Positions 51,134-61,321 of a DNA stretch of 64,000 bases are shown here, in pieces. A program made the position numbers and the translations under genes. The first letter of the stretch is position 1; each line of letters starts with the position of its first letter. The DNA lies in the NCBI GenBank assembly GCA_032718475.1, contig JAUCBJ010002155.1, forward strand, positions 23,211-87,210, in the 5' to 3' direction. Origin of the DNA: Nemertoderma westbladi (Eukaryota > Animalia > Xenacoelomorpha). The notes beneath the pieces were generated by a model, which saw nothing but the letters and a program-made list of their open reading frames with translations, ran no database searches and had not been told where the DNA came from.

Positions 51134-53952
51134 CACTACCAATAATAATGGCCACTCCTTAATTCCCTCAACTATCCTGTCCTTAATTACTTTATGCCAG
51201 CTTTGTAAATTCATCCACCCAGACTTAGTCACATCATAGCTAAGATTTGAGCATATAGATACTGTATGGCCCAACCATTGGTATTGGAATCGAACTCCTT
51301 CAAATACCACATGTGGGTCCATAGCGGTGCCATCTGCCTTTGCAAAGGCCAGAACTGTATAGTTCTGTCTCCCACCACCAGGTGTCACCCTGAATGCCTT
51401 CTTTCCTTTACGTCCTACAAGTTTACGTTTCGATGGATCTTCACATATTGCAGACTCATCCAGGTTGAGAATATGGCTTGGTTTGTCTCTTAGATCCAAT
51501 TTGTCAATAGTCTCAGTTAAGAGATCGTAAAACTTCTCTACCTTAAATGGATCCATTGTTGCTTCTTTCCTTCCCTTCTGCATTGGGACTGGTTTCTTAG
51601 TGATAGGTTATGTCGACCCATAAAGTTAGTAACCCATGCATCACCAGGCATGTTACCTTTAAAGAAGTTTACAGATATATCATTCTTATTGAGATATTCC
51701 CTTATTATCTTTGGTATCTCTTCACGAAGTAATCCAAAGCCGGAACGTTCCATTAACTCAAGTAGACTCGCTAAGGTAGCCTACTCTCCAAAGTAGGGTC
51801 CACTTTTGTCAAGTATGGCTTCCGACCTGAACCCTGCCATTCAGCTACACCTTCTCTAAGTTTAAGATGTTTGGTAATAGTTGTTGACGAAATTCCGAAT
51901 TTAGTCTGTATTTGTGGAAAAGACATTCCTTCCTGTCTAGCCTTGATTGCAGCATCTAAACTTATCCCATGGCGTTTTTCAGCATTGCTCTTTTCGCACC
52001 TTTTGTGCTTTCGCTTTACCTACTCTTCCTCCTGGGCATGTTCCAACTCAATACAACTAACCAGTAATGCCTAATTAATTCTCAATTCTAGGGCAATCTA
52101 TGTAAATATCGCTTATATACCGGTACTGTAAAAAATTGGAATAAGTGAAAACCCTGGTTAAAACGTACCCGAATACCAGGTACGTTATATTAGAATAACG
52201 TACCCAAATACCGGGTACATTATTTTAGAATAGTGACCATGCCTCCTATAGCCTATGTCCGTATGTAGAGCAGTACTTGACTTCTACCTACACACCTACC
52301 TACATGTGCTACAGTCTGCACTTCATGCAGTAGGCCTGTGACAAACAGTTCCTAGAAAGTTGAAAAGCTGAATGCTCAGCACAACACATACCCAACTACC
52401 AGTACAGAATGACTGACTGAGTGCCTGTCTCTTTGTCTAAAAATAGGCCTTCCACTGTAAGGTTATAACTAGGGTTCGACCGGAGCTCCGGCTCCGGCCG
52501 GACTTGGCATGTCCGGCTCCGGTCCGGCTCCGGTCAAATTAGGTGCAGTAGCTCCGGCAAAAAGTATTTGTGCTGCACGAAGCATAGCTACATGGATAGG
52601 CAAGGCAAACATACAGCCAGACACCGGACGTCCGTCTACGAACTGATCAACGTCTACTGGCAGGCTGTACTGCTGAGTGCCGACTGTATTACGGTATGCT
52701 GTCCGACGAATCTGTACAAAATAAGTACAAAAAAAGTACAAGTAGGGAACATACCCTTAAATAAGCTCCAAAAGTGGGTTCTTATTTAAGGAAAATGGCT
52801 CTTATTTAAGGGTTTTTGGGCCTTTTTTGGCTATTTTTTCGATATAATATGCAATAACTTGTTTCAGGAAAAAATACCGCATAATTTTATTTCACAATGT
52901 AAAAGTTGGGTCTTTCTTGAACATAAAGCAAAAAACCAGAAAACATTTCACCGTCCGGTTTTTTTTCTACAAGCGTTTTAAAATTGCATCAAAAATACGA
53001 CAAGTTCCTAAATAAGGGTGATTTTTTAAATTTACCTTATTTAAGATATCGAAATTGTACACATAAATACTAAAAGTCCCTAAATAAGAACTTTTTGACC
53101 TGGGTTTCTTATTTAGGAATACAATTGTATTCCAAAATCTGCACATTCCTCAAATAAAATAAATATTCCTTATTCCTTACGTTACAGTATGTGTTACACT
53201 TCCTTCATAATTCTTTGATTTATGTCAGTCTGTATATTGCTAATTGTTGGGATAAGGATAAGGTCAATGGTTGCACTGCACTCTATAAATCCTCTATAGA
53301 ATATCGTATCATAATGAAGTTGATAGCACTGGCATTCTTACCTCACACGGTAGCATAGAATAGCCCATTGATATTCAAAAGAATAGCCCATCGCCCATGC
53401 TAATCTTAGCCAAGAGGCCCTACGAGAGGAAGGCGGAGCCCCCCCTCAAACCCCAGACCAATCGCGTGAGGGGTTTTGTGTCGCCGAGCAACGACTGTAA
53501 ATACCTATGAAACGATACAATTCTGATGTATTTCCAACTATAATATGCTTTTCCATCATTTTTAACCCGTTTCAGTGTTTTTCCCTGATGTTTTCGACCC
53601 ATATAGTTATTTTTGACGAACTTTACTCATATCGCATCCTTATTAGAGGTATGGAATAAAATAAACAATAAAAATACAGTATATATAATTTCTAAGCATA
53701 TTATTGATTCGAATTCATTTAATTCGGATAATTAATTTTCTTTTTATAACATTAATTCATTAAATTATAACATTCTGGTACGTATTATAGCAACCGCAAC
53801 ACATAATACTATTTACCAACAAGGGATTCCCTTGCGCCTTTTACTACAGCCAATAGGAAGTCGCTTCCATTAAAGAATTCAGTAAAATGGAATCCTCTTG
53901 ATTTAGCTAAATATAGACAGCCAATCACAACCCACTTCGGGCCCTGGAGAAG

Positions 53953-56664
53953 AGAGAGGGCTGTTGCGCTGTCAGTCAGAGAGGTAACAGCCCATGGGGT
54001 AAGGATTTACCTCTGGGACCTGTATTAGGCAAAATAGCAGTAGCTGTGTAGGCCCACCAGTACTGTGCACGGTACATGACCCGAAATTCAGCCTACATCA
54101 GTACATCTGTAAATAATACACGGTTTCGCGGTACAAGATCATATGTAAAATGCTCGCGTGAGTTCAGGAGTTGCACAGATGTCAGGATGTGCTGATTCTA
54201 TATCATGCACTAGGCCTAACGGATTCTGGTAGCCTGGAACTAGACCACTACTGCACTACAAAAACTGATGCGACAGAGCGAGGTGCCGTTAGCCTAACAT
54301 TTATTGGCGGCTGGTCCGATAACACTCAACGCATTGTTTGGTTGGACATTGACATTACGGTATTGCATTACAGTGTACATTATTACATACTGATTATTAT
54401 GGATTGAGAAATTGGATATATTTGGACGTCAATGGATGGATAGGTTTGGTTTGAGAAACTAATATCACGTAGGCCTACCTAATCCAGTAATCATATCTTT
54501 GCGTTAATTATTACTAGATCCACTGGCCCCCAGCCACCTTCAACAAACCATCATTGCTGGGGGGCACTCAGCTGAGGGGGCTGAGCGCATTAAAAACTGT
54601 AAGTATCGCGACCTAATGGACCGGGCCATTTCTTTCACCCCGTGGCCTTTGAGACCTTTGGCCGCCCTGGTCCAGAGACATCCACCTTCCTCCGGGAGAT
54701 CGGGGCTCATCTCCACAGTGCCACCCACGAACCGCGGTCACACCAGTTCAGTTTCTGCTCCAGCGCCTGGAGATGGCAATTTTGGTTGGTATTGCAGCCT
54801 CAGTCATGGGGACAGCAACCACGCCGACCATCGGTCTATTCGGGCACTGAAGAGCCGAAACTCTCGAAATGGTTGCCAATGGAGTCACCAACGGGATGAC
54901 GGCCGAAGATATTCAATACTCTATCTTATGCAATCTCAAATATTCAATGTTCGATCCCTAGATGGGGCAGTACTATTTGGGCACAGTGCTTTAAATGCTG
55001 CAGCCTAGCCCAACCCCGGCTTTCATCCTTCAGTGGTCGATTGGGAACCAAGTCAACTTGGGAAACAGTGTGGAAGGGTTTACTGTGGAAGATCACCCAT
55101 GGTGGTGAACAGGCATTCCTTGGCTTAACGAGCCTAAAATATTCTCCCATTCAAATATTCAATTCGGTACTGTACCCTCAATTCAATATTCAATCTTAGT
55201 AGTATTATTTCTGTGCTTCGTTATTTAATAATGTGATTAGATAAAAAAAATAAATTAATGAAATATAATTCATCTGTTAATTATTACAAAAAAAAAATCC
55301 AACATTATATTAACATTTATATAGTTTTGAATTAAATGTTTCGAAATCAACAGTCATTCAATGAACTTATACAGCAGTGTCATATATCGCGTATCCCTTG
55401 GCTGCTTGGTTTAATCACTATTCTTTATTAAGTATAACGGAATCCTGGACCACCGCCTTCACCCTCCACTGACAATTTAAAATCGTAACTCATTCAATCT
55501 TTGACTAAATTATACCAAACTTGGTAAACATTTAATCTTGTCTATCGGCTAAAATAAACACAACTTGCTAAAGTTTCCCCTATAATGTTTTTTCCTGTAG
55601 AACAGGATGCAGTTTTATTTTAGTAGTAGTAGTAAACAAGCTGTTATTTGCGTCGATTTTCACCTGGAGAGGGAAGAATATTGATTGCCCCCCCCCCCCC
55701 CCCCCCTGCGCTGCAGTTAAGTAAGTTAAAATATTTCGGCACCATTTAATTTTATTATCACGGTCGCGCATCAAGTAGTCTGTCAAAAGATACAATTCAT
55801 TATAAACATAACAAAATTAATTATAATAATTCTAAAAATATAAGGCAGATTTTCCTAAAGTTAGCTCTTTAGTCTTTAGCAATCTTATACATTGACAAGA
55901 CTTATAAAATAATTGATGTTGAATAATTATTATTAAGATTAAAATATATTATTAGGAATTCGAAGAAAGCAAATTGTATTGAGTTAGTATTGGCAAGTTA
56001 ATCTCACAAACCAGTCTAGTCTAACTTTACAGTAGCCTTGTTCGCTTTGTTCCAGGTTTAGGCCTATAGATTCCACCGTCTTGGTTCCAGGTTTAATACT
56101 GTAATAGACTCCGTTATCCGCCTCGATCGCTTCGCTATGCACATCTTACTGGGTTTAATAAACTCAGAAACTCCATCGCCTTCCTGTCGTTCTCTGTTTT
56201 GTAGCTTACTTCGCCATCGTCTGATCGCTTTGGTTGTGTGTTTAATACTGTAATAGACTCCGTCGCCATCGTATCATTCTGGATACATTGAATAGACTCC
56301 ATTGTCCATCGCGATTGTTTCATTGTTTACGTGTAATTGACTCCGTCGCCTCCTCCGATTAGGAATCCGGCCGGGTTTCGTAGATTCCGCCATCGTTCAG
56401 CAGTTCAGTGTTTTTAATCAAAGCCAGAATTCCGACACCGGCACCACGATCAACGATTTCGGAAGTAACAGACTCCATCAACAACACTCGGGGTTTAAAA
56501 AATACAATTATCGGGCAACGTGTAACTGGGCGATCATCTATCTGATAGTTGAAAAAGACTGTCTGACAGTTGGTATCAGACTATCTGATAGTTAGCGCCC
56601 CATGGGTAAATCCTTACCCCATGGGCTGTTACCTCTCTGACTGACAGCGCAACAGCCCCTATAG
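53953..56664. mobile_element. Non-autonomous TIR element with a 9-bp TSD (MULE-like)
   Basis: ~60-bp TIR GGGCTGTTGCGCTGTCAGTCAGAGAGGTAACAGCCCATGGGGTAAGGATTTACC and TSD CTGGAGAAG (53944-53952, 56665-56673). An empty site lies at about 61360. Confidence 0.85.
54545..54830 (+). pseudogene. Second CRE-clade RLE fragment, inside the TIR element
   Basis: AERIKNCKYRDL...AFETFGRPGPETSTFLREIGAHL...LQRLEMAI; similar to 31745-31958. Confidence 0.65.
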
Positions 56665-57227
56665 CTGGAGAAGGCATCCAGCCTTGTTGCTGCTATGGAA
56701 TATTAGTACACCCCCCCCCCCCCCCCCCCACCGTCAATTGAATTCAACTACATTTAATTTCTCTTACCTGAATGCTACTTTTAAGAAATATTAATTGTTT
56801 GCGCCTTTCAATGGGCTGCTTTCTTTCTTTCGAAAGATTTATTTCAGGAAGATAATAAATTATACTTCAGGGCTCCGCTATTCTTCATGTGCGTCAGTAG
56901 CGAGTAGGAATCCTTGCTGTTGTTTCGAGTTTTATTAGGTTGCAGTTTTCTTTGTTATTTCAAATAAAAAATAAAACAAACAACGTATTTATACTCCTCG
57001 ATTATGAGGGAAAATGAAAATAAATAAATGTAATAATTATAATATTCACATTTATAATTCCAATGAACCTCATATTATGATATGTATAAATCACGCAACA
57101 ATTAAACACATTATAATAAATTCTTTAAATTATATAAATATATTAAAATATATATAAATTATATTTTAATTTATTATAATTATTAAGATATTTTTAATAT
57201 CGTTCATATTATTAGAATTCTTTGTCA

Positions 57228-57434
57228 ACTAGTTTACCAGGTTCCATATTGTTACGTCGACCCACGCCACTAGTTTACCAGGTTCCATATTGTTACGTCG
57301 TCCCACGCCACTAGTTTACCAGGTTCCATATTGTTACGTCGACCCACGCCACTAGTTTACCAGGTTCCATATTGTTACGTCGTCCCACGCCACTAGTTTA
57401 CCAGGTTCCATATTGTATCGTAGACCAACGCCAC
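57228..57434. repeat. 41-bp tandem repeat x ~5
   Basis: ACTAGTTTACCAGGTTCCATATTGTTACGTCG(A/T)CCCACGCC, with alternating variants; absent from the second duplicated unit. Confidence 0.95.
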
Positions 57435-58024
57435 CTATCTGTCTCTACACGAACTGTATTCGTCGTCCCTCCAACGTCATTCTAATGAACCTGTAAGATA
57501 ACGTCACCTTTATCTTTAGGCTGTGCGTGCATGAATCGCAGCTAGTACAACCTGGGGGAAAGGTTTTCTTGGAAAAGTAACAGGTAGGGCTGTGGTTGTC
57601 ATATCCAATCAAATGTATTGAATAGCCAAGTAGGGTTAGCCTAATCTAAAACGTTTGTTTGAGGGAGCAGCCGTTGATTGGCTGGAGTCTTGGAAACACA
57701 AGGAAATGGAACCAGGCGGGAAGGTTTGTAACCAATATTGGTTCGAAATCGACAGCCTTAAAATCATTATTGGTTTATTACTTATGTAATTTACCGGTGA
57801 AATTAGGTGCGCGATATTGGCTATTGAATTATTTGCTACAAAAGATTACATTGCTCACAAAGATTACATTGGATATAAGAAGATTACAGGTTTGGTAAAC
57901 GTTTGGTTAAAGGTAAAGTTGTATCACATTTATTTTAAAATATTAATTTACTGTAATTTAGTTTATAGGATTAGGCCTACCTGATTACTTGGATACATAG
58001 GCTATAACTTAGGTCTATTACATT

Positions 58025-59662
58025 ATGTCTCGCCTAATTAGGCCGAAACTGCGATTTACAGACTCTGGTGAGCTTTTGCTGAGCGCTACTCACCTTGCTG
58101 TAGCAGCAAAGGCCTTACGTAAATCTGGCAAATCTAGCCAGGTACTTAGGAGTATGGATGAGGAACGTGAGAGTGCGGTGAGTCGTGTGCGATTGTTAGG
58201 TGGCGATGTTACGGATGAAATGAATGTGTTGGGAAAGTACAATATGCAGATTGGGCAGTACAAAGGTCATACGTTCAAGTGGATATTGGAAAATGATATG
58301 GGGTACGTGAAATTCTTTGCTGTGAGTAACGACAAGCAGGAGTGGGCGCAGAAGTTGGTTGAATATGCGTGTATGTTCGAGGTTGTGAAGGAGATGTGTG
58401 AAGGTGAAGGTAAACGTGAGTTAGCGAGGCAGCAAGCGGAATTCCAGAAGGACGAAGGTATGAACCTGGTTGGCTACGGTAAGTTAAAGGCGGTGACCTA
58501 CAGAGATGTGGCGACGAAATCGGAGCACGGAAAGTACAGGAAGACACTGCTGGCAAAGAAAGACGTACGGAAGGGGACTGCAATGGACAAATTGAAGAGC
58601 TATCTGGAATCTCTCCAGCCTACCAGCGAGAGTCAGCCTTCGTCCTCCAGTGTGAGTATGCCAATGGATGATCCACTTGAACAGGCGATGTTGGGTTTGG
58701 AAATTCCTGGTATGGTGGGTGTGAGTGAGAGTGAGAGTTCGTATATGCGCGATGAGAGGGTGAGTGGTATTGTGGAGCCTGAGGTTGATGAAGATGGTGG
58801 TGAGTATAAGTGGAGTCAGACAGTGAGCCCGGCTCAGTCAGAGTGGATGTTGAAAGAGTTGACCAAGTTGGGGCTGGTACCTGGTACTAGGGAGTACAAT
58901 TCCCCATCGAGATGGGAAGGTGAGTCACTGTGGCGTTCGCCACCTCCGGGTGAACTGCAGCCGAGGGTGCCACAAGCGTTGCCGAGACCGGAGCCTTACT
59001 GTATACACCCGATGTTTGTATGGGCTCCTGAGACCATAATGAAAGGGTTAGTGGGTGTGAAAGGTCTACCGTGTTTGCGGTGTGATACTGGAGTGGCAGT
59101 GAAGCGTAGGTTAGGTAGGCCACGTGTTGTGGTAGGTACGGGTGGTGGCAGCCCTGGCATGCCAAACACAGGGCAATATTATATATTTGCATCTGAGTTG
59201 AGGTGCCAGGGTGGGACGTGCGGTGTGCAAGCGCAATCATGGGTGAGTTCTGACCCGCGGTACTTGAGTAAGTTGCCTCAGCGTGTGCAGAATATGTTCC
59301 CTGCAGTGTTCACGTATAGAAAGGGTGTGTGCAAGACGGTGATGGACGAGATGCGTAGGTCAGGTAGAAGTGCGCATGATATGTCCCAGCAGGTGAGTGA
59401 GATGTTGCAGTGTAGGTATGAGCGGGCCAACCTACAATACTTGCTCCACTTGGAACAAGTACGTGGTGAGGCCAAGGGTATGTTGGATGTGTCGTTTGGG
59501 TTGGATGTTGGTGCCGTTAGTCAACCCTTTGGTAGCTATGGCAACGCCAAGGGCTGGCACGGTGTGGATGTTGGTGAGAACTTCCTTGCGGATATGTTGG
59601 TGACTGAGTACAGTACACAGCGTGAGTATTTGTATGGATTGATGCGTGGCTCCAAGAGGTAG
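58025..59662 (+). CDS. Truncated transposon-derived protein (DUF6729-like N-terminal region), copy 1
   Basis: 545-aa intronless ORF with IGQYKGHTFKWILENDMGY, HPMFVWAPE..PCLRC, YYIFASELRC...C and LP......FPAVFT. It ends where related proteins would begin the catalytic region (recognition from memory). Confidence 0.6.
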   Translation: MSRLIRPKLRFTDSGELLLSATHLAVAAKALRKSGKSSQVLRSMDEERESAVSRVRLLGGDVTDEMNVLGKYNMQIGQYKGHTFKWILENDMGYVKFFAVSNDKQEWAQKLVEYACMFEVVKEMCEGEGKRELARQQAEFQKDEGMNLVGYGKLKAVTYRDVATKSEHGKYRKTLLAKKDVRKGTAMDKLKSYLESLQPTSESQPSSSSVSMPMDDPLEQAMLGLEIPGMVGVSESESSYMRDERVSGIVEPEVDEDGGEYKWSQTVSPAQSEWMLKELTKLGLVPGTREYNSPSRWEGESLWRSPPPGELQPRVPQALPRPEPYCIHPMFVWAPETIMKGLVGVKGLPCLRCDTGVAVKRRLGRPRVVVGTGGGSPGMPNTGQYYIFASELRCQGGTCGVQAQSWVSSDPRYLSKLPQRVQNMFPAVFTYRKGVCKTVMDEMRRSGRSAHDMSQQVSEMLQCRYERANLQYLLHLEQVRGEAKGMLDVSFGLDVGAVSQPFGSYGNAKGWHGVDVGENFLADMLVTEYSTQREYLYGLMRGSKR

Positions 59663-60209
59663 GAGATGAGGGTAAGAGGTATAGGAATATACTTGGTAAG
59701 TATAAGGCTGAGGTAATGCCTAAGGTAGGTGGTGATTACCGTTATTCACAACTGAAGACCACCTCAGTTGATGTAATAAAACCGTACGATAACCAAAGAA
59801 AACGGGAGAGGAGGCAGATTGAGGTGGTTAACCCTACCCCAGAGGCCACGGAGGAGCTGAGAAGGTTGGATATAGACCTAACCGAGCCTGCTCAGATCAC
59901 AGGCACCATGTTGGTAATTGAGAAAACTGAGAAAGATGGAATAGTGTAGGTATAAGGTGAGTAGCTGTCTGTATGGGTGTGAGTAGTGTGTGTAGAGGGG
60001 GGGGGGGGGGGGGGGTGTATAATAAGTAGTTACTGTATATATATATATATATATAGTTACACCTTACCCCCTGGGTCGAGCATTGCGCGCCCAGGGGTAA
60101 AGAATTAATTATATATATTGATTGCTAGGTATAATAAAAAATAAAAATATATACTGTACTAAAAAAAATATTAAAAAAATACAAAAAAATATATAATGTT
60201 TGTTACTTA

Positions 60210-60950
60210 CTGTTTGCATCTGTTTGTTTGTATGTCTGTATCTTTGTCTGTCTATATGTTTGTCTGTCTGTATCTTTGTCTGTCTATATGTTTGTCTCTC
60301 TGTATCTTTGTCTGTCTATATGTTTGTCTGTCTGTATCTTTGTCTGTCTGTATATTTGTCTGTCTGTATCTTTGTCTGTCTGTATATTTGCTGTCTGTAT
60401 CTTTCTCTGTCTGTATCTTTGTCTGTCTGAATCTTTCTCTGTCTGTATCTTTCTCTGTCTGTATCTTTCTCTGTCTGTATCTTTGTCTGTCTGAATCTTT
60501 CTCTGTCTATATCTTTGTCTGTCTGTATCTTTGTCTGTCTGTATATTTGCTGTCTGTATCTTTCTCTGTCTGTATCTTTCTCTGTCTGTATCTTTGTCTG
60601 TCTGTATCTTTGTCTGTCTGTATCTTTGTCTGTCTGTATCTTTGTCTGTCTGTATCTTTCTCTGTCTGTATCTTTGTCTGTCTGTATCTTTCTCTGTCTG
60701 TATCTTTGTCTGTCTGAATCTTTCTCTGTATCTTTGTCTGTCTGTATCTTTGTCTGTCTGTATATTTGCTGTCTGTATCTTTCTCTGTCTGTATCTTTCT
60801 CTGTCTGTATCTTTGTCTGTCTGTATCTTTGTCTGTCTGTATCTTTGTCTGTCTGTATCTTTCTCTGTCTGTATCTTTGTCTGTCTGTATCTTTCTCTGT
60901 CTGTATCTTTGTCTGTCTGTATCTTTGTCTGTCTGTATCTTTGTCTGTCT
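60210..60950. repeat. 16-bp minisatellite (TCTGTATCTTTGTCTG)n
   Basis: Long array; source of several spurious ORFs. Confidence 0.95.
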
Positions 60951-61321
60951 GCATGCTGTTTGTACTGTAGGTTAAATGCGCTGCTACTTATGGTATTTAT
61001 TAACGTTTTATTACTCACCAATAGTAAAGAACACTTTACTCATGACATTGTAGTAATATTACCTGGGTTAATTAATATCATAAGTGGTAATGGTCTGCAG
61101 CCCATGTAAAGCATGACAGGCCTATAGTTTATAATTTAGTCTTGAGTTATTTCAATTATGTTATATTATTATTATTATACATTTATTACATTAATACTAT
61201 TATTATACTACCCATGGCGGTACATAAGCGGTTCCGTTCAAACGTTGTTAATAAAACTTCGTTCACTTCGTTGGATCCGCCGAATATCACATCGCATGTC
61301 GATCAGCACACTCTTTAACAT

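Larger units (their letters stand above)
46064..52039 (-). pseudogene. pogo/Tigger-like (CENP-B HTH + DDE_1) transposase split by two insertions
   Basis: HTH region (PGDAWVTNFMGRHNLSLR), ILNLDES, KSGWMN, PLLLVV|DGAKCH and FPSHVTDVLQPLDVSMFRPFK, then TTELG|SGIVPGAQVLT, a lysine-rich tail and a C-terminal module. Element termini were not found. Confidence 0.88.

Noticed and set aside
52469-52560. hAT-like terminus TAGGGTT with GGCTCC repeats
   Set aside because: Only one end was found, so the element cannot be delimited.
57228-57434. 41-bp repeat as a CRISPR array
   Set aside because: Head-to-tail tandem units with no spacers; eukaryotic context.
60196-61109. Multiple long ORFs on both strands
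   Set aside because: Translations of a 16-bp minisatellite.
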